From assembly GCF_018350175.1 (NCBI RefSeq), contig NC_058368.1, positions 36,458,001 through 36,522,000 on the forward strand: 64,000 nt of DNA, written 5' to 3'. Under the pieces are notes generated by a model. That model ran no database searches. It saw nothing but the letters and a program-made list of their open reading frames with translations, and was not told the origin of the DNA. The position numbers and the translations under genes are program-made. Shown here piece after piece: positions 25,556 to 39,659 of this stretch (the first letter of the stretch is position 1; every line of letters begins with the position of its first letter). Source of the DNA: Felis catus (lineage: Eukaryota).

Positions 25556-27203
25556 CCCTAAGTAATTAGTGAGGTAGATTTATTAGTCAATTAGTAGTTA
25601 GAAGAAGTTGGAATAAATAGTACATGCTACTTATCCAGTATTTATCAAAAATAACTTTCTAAAACAACCACAATCCTTGTTTATATCCTTATTTGTAATG
25701 ACTGGTATGAATGGAGCTGCCTCACAGATTAGTAAATCCTAACCATTTGATAGGAATGTGCCGGTACTTGTAGTGGGGCTTTCTATCAAATACAGAATTG
25801 TTAGGTGTTTTTGAAATGGTCTACTGATTTTAATAGAACTTTTCCATTATGTCCTAGGGCAGATAGAAATCCTTCATTGGTTTCAATTGAGAATTTCTGT
25901 CACACCTGGACAACTTTTGGATTTTATAGAAAACCTAGACTACAGATAGTTTTTATCAAATCAGTATACTGCTTAAGGAGAGGAAACAGTGGATGTGAAG
26001 TTGAAAAACTTGTTAAAACAAATCAATACTGTGTAAAATATAGAAGTCAGTCATTAAATAACACATTGGGTAACGAATCATACTTAAATTAACCTAATTT
26101 ATTTGTAAGAAGCTGTTTTAGATTAGAAATAGAATTCATGACAAAAAAATTCATGCCTTGATAGGACAAAGATTGAAGATAGTTTTTAACAGTGTTCAGG
26201 GGATTAGGCACAAAGGGTCTAATAAGATCCAGTTTTTCAATATCCGTTCTTATACTCATTCATATTTTTCCTTTTTTGGAATGTGTCCTCAAACTTGTAG
26301 AGTTGCCAGTCCCACCATGTGGAGATTCATATTCACTGGGATCTATACACAATTTCCGTTTTTGACATTATTCTGATCATAGAAATTACATTGCTGTTTC
26401 ATCAGAACTTTTACACTTCATCTAGCCACGTTGGTATCCTGGGGTATAACTAGCACAGTGATAACAGGCAAATGCCATTACTGAGAAAACCAGACCCTGA
26501 ATTTTAGCTAAATTAAATAGACTACTGCAATCTTGATGGCTCATCCACACACTTGAAAAATATCATAGTTTGGAAGAGTACATTAGTTTTTCTGTAAAAA
26601 TCATGATTATTTTTACATATCATATTGTAAGATATGCAAATTGAATTGCTTTCTTTTCTCAAATGGCCAAGTTTTGTATGAATGACTTAATGGATTCCCT
26701 GTACCACCCTGGTGCAGGGATCCATTGAGAGTTTTGATTCAGGACCATGAAAAAATCAGATTTGCTGAGTTTACAAAGATCACTCTGGCTTTTATTTCAA
26801 AGATGGGTTGAGGGATTAATATTCTGGCAGGGACAACTTACAGAAAAACAATCTTTAGAGATAAACTTTATCAATGAATTTTTTCTTAAGGGGAATTGAA
26901 GAAATGGAGAATTCTGGTTCTCTCTCAGTGCCCCTGACTTGTTTCTTTCCTCCCCAGCAATTTAAAAGTAAAATCAGCTAATACAACTTATTCTATTGGT
27001 GTTAGTGCTGACAGCTTTTTGATGTTTTTTGCTTTAGAGTTCTTAAATTTGTTGGATGCCTCAAAACTAAGGTATTTATTGGTTTTAAACACTATATAAA
27101 AATATAATACATATTTTTGTAAATAATGTATACTTGTATGAGATATATATGTTTATATTTATGTAAAAAAGCTTTAGAAGATAGGTATTTTGAAGTGTAA
27201 AGA

Positions 27204-27435
27204 TTTTTTTATTTAAAAAAATTTTTTAAATGTTTATGTATTTTTGAGAAAGGGAGAGATAAGAGAACACGAGTGGGAGAGGGGCAGAGAAAGAGGGAGA
27301 CACAGAATCTGAAGCAGGCTCCAGGCTCTGAGCTGTCAGCACAGAGCCTGATGTGGGGCTCGAACTCACGAACCATGAGATCATCATCTAAGTCAAAGTC
27401 GGACGCTGAACTGACTGAGCCACCCAGGCATCCCT
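27204..27435 (-). mobile_element. Can-SINE
   Basis: Reverse SINE with TSD-like tgaagtgtaaagattttt / tgaggggtaaggattttt. Confidence 0.92.
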
Positions 27436-27869
27436 GAGGGGTAAGGATTTTTAAAGGAAGATCGGGAAGACCTCATAATGTATTTCTTAGATCTAGATTT
27501 CTGAAGAAGAGCAGGAATGTTATTTTTTTTTTTTTTTTAACTAATGATGTTTTAGGAGCATATTAATGAAAAAGTAGTCAGATGGGAATACTTGCTCTCA
27601 CTTTTCTCATGACTGAGCTGATACAGTCAGCTATGGATTCCCTTCTTATTTTAGTGCTGTTTCCAAGCCAGTAGGTGAAGCTATATTTAAAACATTCATT
27701 TAATAAGTAAATATTCATTAAGCAAGACATTTTTCTTCAAGATCTGCATTTCCTTTTTAAGAGACTATTTTATGTATTCCTTTTCTGGTATTTTTCTTTG
27801 TTTTGAAAGTCGCTTTAATGCTGAGTGCATGTATGACTGTGTTCATATGTAGAATTCTATCACCTACGC

Positions 27870-29290
27870 CTCCCATTGCTTCTCCTTCCTGCTGTAGTCT
27901 GACATGTGCTACTGAGATGCTTTTGTTGAAGTTACCAGTGACTTCCCAATGAGGTACATTTCAGGCCTTTCCTAACTGACCTCTTTGCTGCATTGGAGAG
28001 TATTGGTCAACCCACTCCTTGAAATTCACTATTGTCTCCCTTAATACTGCAGAATTCTTGTTCTCTTTATCCTTCTTGATTCTTCATTTGCTGTCTTTTT
28101 ATGGTATTCTTATCCCACCCTTCTCTGCCTTTTCTTACTCTCCCTGTTGGTACTACCAAAGTTCGGTTTTTATTCTACATTCTCATTCTTCTTACTTTAA
28201 CTGATGAATCTCATTTGATTTCATATTTAGACTAGTTTCTACAGGCTGATGATTCCTAAATCTGCCTAAACCTGTATTTTAAAATGTGACACATTTTGAA
28301 ATACACAATTTGTATTATCTTGCTGTACAATTTGAACTAAGTATCATAAAGGCACCTCAGACTTCAGTGTTTCTAACTGTGCTTCTCTTTCTCAGAAGAA
28401 TGTTTCCAAATTCTCTTTCTATTCTGGCTTAGTCGGTGGTACACTCATCTCACCAGTTACCTAAGAGTCTGTTTTACCATATTCTCTTATATTTAAATGA
28501 TGAATCAGTCCTGCCTGTTTTACCTTTTGAGTATTTTTCCACTTCAGGCCTTCATTCTTGGGAGCACGTTAGTAGCTTCCTGATTGGTCTTCTTCCTCTC
28601 TCAAATCCATCTTTTTCAGGGCTGTTAGAATAAGTTATTTAAAATGGCTGTTTAACCTTTAGATTTCTCTTCACCTGCAGGATGAAGTCTGTTTTTTTTA
28701 CAAAGATTTGTGCAGCCTCTTGTTTCTCTCTGGCCTCCTTTCTTGCTCCTTCCTCTCCATAGTTTCCATTCTAACAACATCTGCTCGTTGGTCTCTCATG
28801 TACATGGTATCCTGGTTCCAATTATTGTGTCATGTCTCATCTTGCTGTTTCTGTCTTTAATGCACCATTTAAGTTAGTTGATTCTTTCCTTTCATTTGAT
28901 TTATTTTTTAAATGTTTATTTATTTTGAGAGGGAGAGAGAGAGGCAGACAGAGAGAGGGAAGAGAGAGAATCCCAAGCAGGCTTTGCACTATCAGCACAG
29001 AGCCCCAGGTGGGACTCAGTCCCATGAACCCGTGAGATCATGACCTGATCAAGAGTTGATGCTCAACCAACTGAGCTACCCAGGCGTACCTTGCCTTTCA
29101 TTTTAAAACATAACCGTCATCTTTTATAGGAAGTCTCTAACAGGAATAAGGTGTCTCTAGCTAATTGTGCTATCTCTACAACTCAGCTAAGCTTCACTGA
29201 AACTGAATTTATTTCAGGTCAATGTCCATGTTCTTTTTATCTTTGAATTCCCAGGACTACAGACTCAAATGTTTACTGAATAAAGAAAGT
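27870..29290 (+). mobile_element. L2 LINE fragment, interrupted by a SINE
   Basis: Pyrimidine-rich L2-like body ending ctcaaatgtttactgaataaa. Confidence 0.65.
28900..29090 (-). mobile_element. Can-SINE
   Basis: Reverse SINE; TSD-like cctttcattt. Confidence 0.9.
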
Positions 29291-29299
29291 GATGGGACT

Positions 29300-30995
29300 T
29301 TTCTTTTTTAATTGTAGCATAATTAACATACATTAAAATGTGTAGGCCGTGTTTAGTGGTGATTAAGTTTTGATAGTTGTGTGCACAGAATGTAATCACC
29401 ATTCCAAACAAAATACAAAATGCCACTGTCACGCAAGAAAGTGTTCTCCTGTTTTGTCTCTTTCACTGGCCTGTTCCCTCCTGGTCATCTTTTTCTGACA
29501 TTTGTCACCATGAATTAATTTTCCTGTAATTAGACATCATAAAAATGGAATTATTTTTGTCTGACTTCTTAGAAGCCCAACATGTTTTTGAGTTTCATTC
29601 ATGCCCTTGCCTGTGTCAGTTAGTTTATTCTTAATATTATATAGAATTTCATGTTTACATATGCCATAATTTGTGTAATTACTTTCCTGTTGATAGCCAT
29701 TTTGGGTTGTTTTTCGTGTCTGGTTATTAGGAATAAGACTGTGAACATCTTGTACACGTATTTTTGTGGGCATATGTTTTCATTTCTTTTGGATAAATAT
29801 CTAAGAGTAGAATTGGTGGATCCTAGGGCAGCTTTATGTTTATCTTTATAAGAAATAGGCACTTCATTTTCACAATGGAGGTGACATTTTCCATTCCAGC
29901 CAACAATGTGTGAGACATTTGGTTTCTCTACTCCCTCATCAAAATTCAGTGTTTTTAGTCCTTTTAATTTTAGCCATTCATACTTACATGATATGGCATC
30001 TCGTTGTGGTTTTAATGTGCTTTTTCTTGATGACTAAAGATAGTAAGATATTGAACCCTTTTTCATGTGCTTATTATTTTATGAAGTACCTATTTGACTT
30101 TTTTGCCCATTTAAAAAAATTGGATTGTTTGACTTTTAAATATTGATTTGTAGGAGTTGCTTATATGTTATAGATAAAAGTCTTTTGACAGTTACATATG
30201 CTCTGAATGTCTTTTTCCATCTTTTATTGGTTTATTTCATTAATAGTATCTTTTGATACTAAGAGTGTTTGATTTTGGTAAAGATCAATTTTGTCATTTT
30301 TTTTTCTTTCATGATTAGTGCATTTCATGTTCTCTTTAAAAATTGTTCCCCTACTTCAAGTTTGTGAAAATATTCTTTTATGATCGCTTTCAGAAGCTTT
30401 AGGCTTATATTTAGATATATGAACTAAATAATTTTGATGTATGGTGTGGGAAAAAGGCTGTTTTATTTATTTATTTTTTTGTGCAAATATTCAGTTGTTT
30501 CAGTAACGTGTTGAAAAGATTTTTCTTTCCCTGGATTGACTTGACATTTTGTTGAAGATCTATTGACCATATCCTGTGGGCCTATATTTAGACACTATTC
30601 CATTTCATTGTTCCAGTTGACTTTCCCCATGCCCATATCATACTGTCTTGATTAATACAACTTAATAGAAGAACTGATATCAATTAGTGCGAGTCCTCAT
30701 GTTTTCTTTGGAGTAATTTGACTATCCTTGATTTTTTGCATTTACATTAAACAAATTTTTTTAATGTTCATTTATTTTTGAGAGACAGAGATAGAATGTG
30801 CGTGAGGGAGGGGCAGAGTGAGAGGGAGACACAGAATTGGAGGCAGGTTCCAGGCTCCGAGCTGTTACCATGGAGCCTGATGTGGGGGCTCAAACTCACA
30901 AGCCATGAGATCATGACCTGAGCCAAAGTTGGATGCTTAACCAACTGAGCCACCCAGGCGCCCCTTTACATATAAATTTTAGAATCACCTTATGT
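29300..30995 (-). mobile_element. Old L1 (L1MB/MC/ME-like) 3' end, antisense
   Basis: T-rich reverse tail at ~29300, then antisense 3'UTR and ORF2 end motifs (ttgtggttttaatgtgc, gttgaaaagat). Confidence 0.85.
30755..30964 (-). mobile_element. Can-SINE
   Basis: Reverse SINE within L1; TSD-like tttacat. Confidence 0.92.
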
Positions 30996-31080
30996 ATGTG
31001 TTGAACAAAACGCATTCAGACTTCTGATAGCTAGAAGATGGTAATAGTGTAGTAAACAACCTCTCCAAATTTCCTTAAAC

Positions 31081-31204
31081 TATGTAAGTGATGAATCACA
31101 GGAATCTACCCCCAAAACCAAGAGCACACTGTATATACACTGTATGTTAGCTAACTTGACAATAAATTATATTAAAAAATTAATAAATAAATAATAAATA
31201 AAAA
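31081..31204 (+). mobile_element. Short 5'-truncated carnivore/felid L1 3' end
   Basis: tatgtaagtgatgaatcac...tatgttagctaacttgacaataaattatatt plus (AAAT)n tail. Confidence 0.75.
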
Positions 31205-31229
31205 TTCAGATTTTACAATACACATTTTC

Positions 31230-31458
31230 TTTTTTTATATAGGTTTTTTTTTTAATGTTTTTATTTATTTTTAAGACAGAGAGACAGAGCATGAGCAGGG
31301 GAGGGGCAGAGAGAGAGAGAGGGAGACAGAATCTGAAGCAGGCTCTGGGCTCTGAGCTGTCAGCATAGAGCCTGACATGGGGCTCGAACTCGCGAACTGT
31401 GAGATCATGACCTGAGCCGAAGTCAGACGCTTAACTGACTGAGCCACCCAGGCGCCCC
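31230..31458 (-). mobile_element. Can-SINE
   Basis: TSD aatacacattttctt. Confidence 0.93.
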
Positions 31459-31949
31459 AATACACATTTTCTTAAACTACAAAAAAAGCTCCCAGTCTCC
31501 TTAAACTATACAAATAACTGCACACATATAAAAATTCTGTGTAAAAACCACACTCTCAACGTTATGTAAAGGCAGAGAATGCTGAAACCATCAAACAGCT
31601 GAGGGTAAAAAGAAAATGTTAACAGAAATCAGCACCATGTTTCCACACACTACCACTCCAACCTTGTCTTGCTGTAGGGTTTGGTGATTCAAGGCAGACT
31701 TTGTAAAACTTTTGGAAAAGAAGAAGAGAGATGCAAATGAAATGGCTTGAGAGTGAATAGGAATGACTACCAGAAAGATGAAATCTACCCTAAATCTGAA
31801 AATACTAAAGTCACTTGGTACACCAGAAGAGTATTTTAAAGTATGCATATCTTAAAGGTACCAGGTTCCAGTTAAGGCCCCCAGGTGGGAGATTTAAGGA
31901 GATCGATACTGTAGAGTTTGCCAGGCATACGACTTAAAGAGTATTAGAT

Positions 31950-34297
31950 GCCATATATGCATGTGCTTTGGGGCTCTCTATTCCATTTCTTTGATCTAGG
32001 TGTCTGTTTTAATTACTACTGCTTTGTGGTATATCTTAAAATCTAGGATTGTGATACTGCCACCTTTGTTCTTCTTTCTCCAGATTGCTGTGGCCATTCG
32101 AGGTCTTTTGTGGTGCCATACAAATTTTAGCATTATTTGTTCTAGTTCTGTGAAAAATGCTATTGGTGTTTTGGTAGGGATTGCATTAAATCTGTAGATT
32201 GCTTTGAGTTAGTGTGGGCATTTTAACAATATTAGTTCTCCCAATCCATGAGCATGGAGTATCTTTGCATTTGTTTGTGTCATCTTCAGTTTCTTTCATC
32301 GGTGTTTTTTGTTTTTTTTTTTTAATTTTTTTTTTCAACGTTTATTTATTTTTGGGACAGAGAGAGACAGAGCATGAATGGGGGAGGGGCAGAGAGAGAG
32401 GGAGACACAGAATCGGAAACAGGCTCCAGGCTCCGAGCCATCAGCCCAGAGCCTGACGCGGGGCTCGAACTCACGGACCGCAAGATCGTGACCTGGCTGA
32501 AGTCCGGCACTTAACCGACTGCGCCACCCAGGCGCCCCTCTTTCATCGGTGTTTAATAGTTTTCAGGATACAGGTCTTTCACCTCACTGGTGAAGTTTAT
32601 TCCTAGTTATTTTATCCTTTTTGGTGCAGTTGTAAGTTGGATAGTCTTCTTAATTTCTCTTTCTGCTACTTCAGAAAGTGTATAGAAATGCAACAGATTT
32701 CTGTATATTGATTTTGTATGCTGCAATTTTCTGTATTTATTAGTTCTCATAGTTTTTTTTTGGTGGCTTCTTTAGGGTTTTCTATGTATAGTATCATGTC
32801 ATCTGTAAATAGTGAAAGTTTTACTTCTTCCTTACCAATTTGGATGCCTTTTATTTCTTTTTGTTGTCTGATTGCTGTGGCCAGGACTTCCAGTATTCCG
32901 TTGAATAGAAGTAGTGACAGTAGACATCCTTATCTTCTGATCTAAGAAAATGTTCTGTTTTCCCTCACTAAATATGATGTTAGTTGTGGCTTTTTCACAG
33001 ATGGTCTTTATTATGTAGCGATATGTTTCCTTTAATCCCATTTTGTTGAGAGTTTTTATCATGGATGGATATTGAGTTCCATTAAATGCTTTCTGCATCT
33101 ATTGAGATGATATGATTTTTATCCTTTGTTTTATTGTGATGTGTCACATTGACTGATATGCAAATATTGAACTACCCTTGCATCCCAGGAATAACCACTT
33201 GATCGTGGTGAATAACCTTTTTAATATATTATTGTATGCAGTTTGCTGATATTATGTTGAGGATTTTTGCATCTATGTTAATCAGAGACATTGGCCTATA
33301 GTTCTCTCTCTTTTTTTAGTGTCTTTATCTAGTTTTGGTATCAGGGTAATGCTGGCCTTGTACAATAAATAAATAGTAGAATAGATAAAGCCTTTCTTCC
33401 TCTTCTATTTTTTAGAATAGTTTGAGAAGAATAGGTATTAACTCTTCTTTAAATGTTTAGTAGAATTCACCTGTGAAGCCATCTGGTCTTTTCTTCAGAA
33501 TTTTTTGATTACTGATTCAATTTCACTGCTAATAATTGGTCTTTTCCAATTTTCTGTTTCTTCCTGATTCAGTCGTGGAAGGTTATGTATTTCTAGGAAT
33601 TTATCCAGTTCTTCTACGTTTTCCATCTGCTGGTGTACAATTTTTTACATTATTTTCTTACCATCTTTTTTATTTCTTTGGTCAGTGGTTGCTTCTTTTT
33701 TATTTCTGATTCTGTTTACTTGAATCACCCCCCCTCCCCTTTTTTTATGAGTCTGGCTAAGTACTTACCAATTTTGTTTATCTTTTCACAGAACCAGCTT
33801 CTGGTTTCATTGGTGTGTTTTATTGTTCTTTTTTAAAGTCTCTATTTCATTTATTTCTGTTCTAATCTTTATTTTTTCCTTCCTTCTACTGGCTTTGAGC
33901 TTTGTTATTCTTTTTCTAGTTCCTTTAGGTGTAAGGTTAGGGTGTTTACTTGAGATTTTTCTTGCTTCTTGAGGTAGGCCTGTATTGCTGTAAACTTCCC
34001 TCTTAGAACAGCTTTTGCTGCATCCCAAAGTTTCGGACCGTTTTGTTTTCGTTTTCATGTACTTTTTGATTTCTTCTTTGATTCCTTGGTTGACCCATTC
34101 ATTGTTTAGCAGCATGTTATTTGGCCTCCATGTATTTGTGTTCTTTCCAGATTTTTTTCAGGTGGTTGATTTTTAGTTTCATACCAGTGTGGTGTAAAAA
34201 GATACATAATATTATTTCAGTCTTTTTGAATTTATTGAGACTTGTTTTGTGACCTAACATGTGACCTGCTTTGGAGAATGTTCTATGTATGCTTGAA
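31950..34297 (-). mobile_element. L1 ORF2 fragment (younger, carnivore/L1MA-like), antisense
   Basis: Minus-strand peptides [47 protein letters not shown] are L1 ORF2p; frameshifted. Confidence 0.92.
32305..32538 (-). mobile_element. Young SINEC_Fc inside L1
   Basis: Perfect TSD tctttcatcggtgttt. Confidence 0.95.
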
Positions 34298-34898
34298 GGT
34301 ATATTTTAAATATTAAAGTCATATAAAAATAATTTTCAATATATCACAACTTAAGGAATTCTGTACTTCTCATGCCTTTTTGAGAAGTCTAAGATGAGTT
34401 TCATTCAACCAAATGATGTTTGGGAAACTTCATCAAAAGGTTTGATGGTGAACTTCTTAAAACATATATAAATATATGTATAAGGTTGAAAGAAAGATGG
34501 GGATGAGGATGGAATACTAATGTAAAAATGTTATATATTGTGACAACGTTAGAAATAATGAAACTAGAAAGCAGGAGGAGAGGGGAGAGGGAAAGAGGAA
34601 AATAGTCAGTGGGTGCCAAAAGCACTTGATAAGCCAGATTTTAAAAAGTTAAACGAGGAAACTGGACCTAAGTGAATTAAAAAAGATAACATACAAAGGC
34701 ACTACTAAAACAAGAATATAGAACTTTGTAAAAACAACAACAAAAAATTAAAGTTAGCAAATTATACACATCTTGTGGACAAAGAACCATGCTAAAGATA
34801 TCAAAATACACAGTTTATAAAATATTGGGATAAAATCTCATATAACAAGACCCAACTATATTCTGTTTATAAGAGGGATACTTTAAAATAAACTGATT

Positions 34899-34962
34899 CA
34901 GCTCTGTGCCTTCCCTGCTCATGCTCTCTCTCTCTCTCAAAATAAATAAACATTAAAAAATT
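34899..34962 (+). mobile_element. 5'-truncated Can-SINE (tail only)
   Basis: CT tract plus AATAAA tail between TSD aaaataaactgattcag / aaaataaagtgattcag. Confidence 0.85.
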
Positions 34963-35565
34963 AAAATAAAGTGATTCAGAGTGGTTAAAAGTAAAAGGAT
35001 GGACAAAAGTAGGATGGACAAAAGGACCAGATATATGGAACAATATGAGAACAAGGATAGTGATCTTGGCATCAGATATGGTAGAATTCGAGCCCAAAAA
35101 CATTAAATGTGACAAAGAAGGTTAATGCTAAAACCCATCCTGGGCAATTAAAGTATTACACTTATGACTATTTATGCATCTAAGAGTATAGCAACTACCT
35201 TTCTGAAACAAAACCCACAGGAGATATAAGGACACAAAGATAGAAGCATAGTTCACTGCACTGCTTTCGCTACTAAGTAAATCAAGAGGACAAATAAGGA
35301 GGTAGAAGATCTAAATACTATAATCAATGAGGTTGATCTTATGGGTGCATAGTAAATGCTACACTTTGATAATAGAGAATATACATTCCTATTGGGTACC
35401 TATGGCACATTAATCAAATTCATGATATATTAGATTACAAAGAAAGCATTAGTAACTTCCATAAAGTAGAAGTATTACAACATTTTGATTACACTGTGAT
35501 AAAACTAGAGTTTACTAATGTAAGTAAAATAGTCTCTTCCATCTGGAAATTTAAAAAAATAATCA

Positions 35566-35790
35566 GGGGCGCCTGGGTGGCGCAGTTGGTTAAGCGTCCG
35601 ACTTCAGCCAGGTCACGATCTCGCGGTCCGTGAGTTCGAGCCCCGCGTAGGGCTCTGGGCTGATGGCTCAGAGCCTGGAGCCTGTTTCCGATTCTGTGTC
35701 TCCCTCTCTCTCTCTGCCCCTCCCCCGTTCATGCTCTGTCTCTCTGTCCCAAAAAATAAATAAACGTTGAAAAAAAAATTAAAAAAAAAA
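35566..35790 (+). mobile_element. Young SINEC_Fc
   Basis: Near-consensus body with A/B boxes. Confidence 0.95.
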
Positions 35791-36149
35791 TAAACAGTTC
35801 CTTGGTAAAAGGGGAAATACAATTAAAATCATGGAGTTAAACATAGCAGCAGTGAAGACACTGCATATCATAATTTATGCAGTGCATTTAAAGCAATGAT
35901 CAGAGAAAAATTCTTTGCACTAACCATTGTTATCAATAAAAATGAAAAAATAAAAAAGTAAATGAATTAAATTTTTAGTTTCAGAAAAAACTAGAGGAAG
36001 AACAACAAAGCAAGCCAAAAGAAAGCAGAAGGAAGAAAAATAATAAAGATAAAAAGCAAAAATTGATGAGGAAGAAAATAGAAAAACAGTAACTCTAATA
36101 AATAAACCAAATTCCTGGTGTGTTTTTCTCTCTGGCTATATAGTAGCTT

Positions 36150-36575
36150 TTTAAAAATTATCAGCTTTATTGATCTCATAAAATTCACCCTTTTAAAGTG
36201 TACAATTCAGTAACTTTTAGCATATTCACAGCGTTGTGCAGTCGCCACCACTATCTAATTCTATAACGTTTTTATTACCCCAAAATAAGGCTTATACCCA
36301 TTAATCATTCCCTCCCCTCACCCCTTTATCTTCAAGCACCTGGCAACCCCTAATCTGCTTTCTGTCTTAATGGATTTGCCTATGGATATTTCATATAAAT
36401 GGAATCATACAATATGTGGCATTACGTATTTGGTTTCTTTCATTTAGCATAATGTTTTTATGGTTTGCTCATGTTGTAGCATGTATCAGCCCTTCACTCC
36501 TTTTTATGACTGAACAGTATTCCACTTATGGAAATAACCACATTTTCTTTATATGCATTCATCACTTGATGAAAA
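36150..36575 (-). mobile_element. L1MB-like 3' end, antisense, nested in the older L1
   Basis: aaattcacccttttaaagtgtacaattcag...ataaatggaatcatacaatatgtgg. Confidence 0.85.
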
Positions 36576-38113
36576 GTCCTGTTGTTTTTGAAAAAGTTAA
36601 CAAAATAGGGAAATCATTACCTAACTTACTCAAGGGAAAAAAGAAAATACAAATATATAAAATAAGAAATAACAAGGAGAATTAGCAATTGAAGCCAAAT
36701 AATTAAAAATATCATGAGACCACACTGCAAATACTTTTGAAAACGTATGTGAAATAACTAATTTTCTAGGGAAATACAAATGACTGATGTTGACTCTACT
36801 GGTGTTAGAAAGCTTAAGCAAACCAATGACCATAGAAATAATAAAGTTATCAAGGAATAACTCCCAAAAGCATTCAAGCTCAGATACTTTTGCAGGGGAA
36901 TTCTACCAAATCTTCGTATAATGTATAATCTAAATGTTTTGTAAGTTATTTCAGAAAAAAAGAAAGGAAAACTTCCTGATTTCTTTCATAAAGGAAGTGT
37001 AACACTGAAACCTAAACCATATGGACAGTACAGTGAAGGAAAACTACAGACAAATACAACTCATTAATGTTGACACAATATTTCTAAACAAATAATAGCA
37101 AACATAATTCAGTACTACATTAAGAAAGAAATATATGAGCTTGATTGAATATTAAGAAATCTATTAGTATCATGGACCATATTAATAAATATAAGGAAAA
37201 AATCATATTATCTCCATTGATGCTGATTTTGAAAGCCTTTGAGAAAATTTAGCATCCATTCATGATAAAAACACTCAAGAAAATAGGAATGAGGGAATAC
37301 TTTTTAAACTGGATACAATGTTATATCATTTAGTCTTAAAGCCCTTGTCTTACATAATGGAGAAACACAGAAAATCATTAACAAAGCGAGGATGCCCAGT
37401 ACTCTTAACTATTCAACACTGTACCAGAGATATTAGCCAGGGTATTAATCAAGATAAATCAGGATAAAGAAGTTATAAAACTGTCTCAGTCTGCAGATAA
37501 TATGATATACCTGAAACCCCAGAGAATCAATGAAAAAACTAAATCCGACAATAAAATAATTTAGAGAAGTAGCAGGATGTAAAATTAACACACAAAAATC
37601 AATTTCTTCATACACATGAATAATAAACAGGGAACAAAATTGATAGCAGATGTTTACCATAGAAACAAAGAAGATTAAATATTTAGGAATAAATTTAACA
37701 AATGTGGAAAAGCCTGTATGAAGAAAAATTTAAAGCACTCATTAAAGATACAAAAGTAAAATTGGAAAGACATATTTGTTCTTGGATAGAACAACTCAAC
37801 ATTATAAGGATGTCAGCTCTCCCTAAGTTACTTTATACATTGAATTAAATCACAATAGAAATATCAACAAGTTACTTTATAGAATTAGGCAAATTGATAC
37901 TAAAATTTATAATAAAAAACATGTGAGAATATCCAGGAAACCACTTAAAAAGGAACAAAAAAACTATATATGAGTAGGGGGAATAGCCCTATCAAACATT
38001 AAATTATAAAGTCTGTATAATTATGGCAGTGTGGTATTGTTGCATGAATAGAAAAGCAGAAAGTCCTGAATTAGACTGAAGTACAAATGGAAACTTAGTA
38101 TGTGGCAAAGGTA

Positions 38114-38725
38114 ATGTCTCATTCTGGTTCCAATGAGGAGAGAGAAACCCACACAGTAATCTGAATAGAGACAATTTAGAATAAAAATTATGAAGTGTAA
38201 CTGGATATTGGAAAAATGAGTCCGTATCTAGTAAGAAGCAAAGACAATTCCAAAGAATATAGGAATAACAGATATAAGGAGCAGCTATTACCCCTTACGA
38301 GGAAGAACTTCCTCTATCCTAAGGGGCTGAGATTCACACCACATTGAAGAAGACAGTAAATGGGAATGGAACTGCTCATAGTCCTGCGCTGAAAGTCACT
38401 TCAGTAGCTTCTTAAAATTTACCTTTAAGATGTAAGGAAAAACTGTTCACAAGGGACAAATCTTCCTGGAGTCACTCCACTATGCAACCACCTGAGAGAT
38501 GGTGCGCCCTGATGGTATTGGCCATGCTGCCCTGTAGGAGCCTATTGTACAAGAACACTGGAATCACGAAGCAAAACCCTTTTATCGTGCAGTCCCCAGT
38601 GCTCTCTACTACAAAGGTTAACATCATTCCAGCTGGCAAAGAAAAAATATGTAAAGGGCTCAGATTTATTTTCACAGTTCAGGCAACATTTGGGGCTGAA
38701 AAACAGATTTATGGCATAAGCAGCA
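38114..38725. mobile_element. Probable ancient solo LTR, family uncertain
   Basis: Interrupts the L1 sequence; begins tgtctcattctggttccaatgaggagagagaaacc, resembling ERVL/MaLR-type LTR ends. Confidence 0.45.
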
Positions 38726-39429
38726 TCTCAAGGCAGTACAATGAAGGCTCATTTTGAAAGTACTCGGACCACTTGGTAGCCATTCAAAGAAAGGTAAAAT
38801 TACATCCGTGTCTTTATACCATACACAGAATAAACTCCACATTGATTACAGTCTACTTAAAACCATACATGTAGTAGAAGAAAATGTGGAAAGGACAATT
38901 CATATACAAAAAGAGACAAAAATGGTTCTCAAACATATGAGAAATTGTTCATACTTATGGAGACCTGCAAATTAAAGTGACCCTGGGATATCCTAGAACA
39001 CCCATAGGATGGCAAGTTTTTTAAAAAATACATATATATGACATATTGTGTTGGCAAGGTTGTGATGAAACAGACACTCCTAGGATGCTGTTGTGAATGC
39101 AAATTGGTATAACTATGGCAGAGTGAAATCTGGCCCTGCTTCCTCTCTTCAACTGTCTTGAAGACTTGGAATGCCTTGGAGTGCTTTCCCCTACTTCTCC
39201 TGAGAGCCTTAAGCCTCTGGTAGCTGAACAATCTGAGCATCTCAGGGGACTTCTCTCAATTCTTTTGCCCCACTTCCTGCTTTTAGTAGTTGAAAGTCTG
39301 GAGTGTTTAATTCATTACTTAATATAAATATTAATATGGCTTATTTTAGACTCCCATTTCATTGTTTTCTCCTTATCTCCATTGATCTTTGTATCTCTTT
39401 TTTCTACCTTGTTTTTTGGTATAGCATTT

Positions 39430-39652
39430 ATTTAAAAAAATTTTTTTAAAACATTTATTCATTTTTGATAGAGAGAGACACACACGTTGTGAGTGGGGGA
39501 GGAGCAGAGAGAGGGAGGCACAGAATTCAAGGCAGACTCCAGGCTCTGAACTGTCGGCACAGAGCCTGATGTGGGGCTCGAACCCATAAACCATGAGATC
39601 ATGACCTGACCCGAAGTCGGATGCTCAACCGACTGAGCCACTCAGGCGCCCC
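39430..39652 (-). mobile_element. Can-SINE
   Basis: Reverse SINE body. Confidence 0.93.
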
Positions 39653-39659
39653 AACATTC

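Larger units (their letters stand above)
34300..39130 (+). mobile_element. Ancient L1 (L1M-type) ORF2 remnant, sense, with nested insertions; its 5' part is probably at ~31015-31940
   Basis: A-rich sense L1 motifs (gacccaactata, aggttaaaagtaaaaggatgg, tgcagataatatgat, atgtcagctctccctaa, tgtggtattg). Confidence 0.8.
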
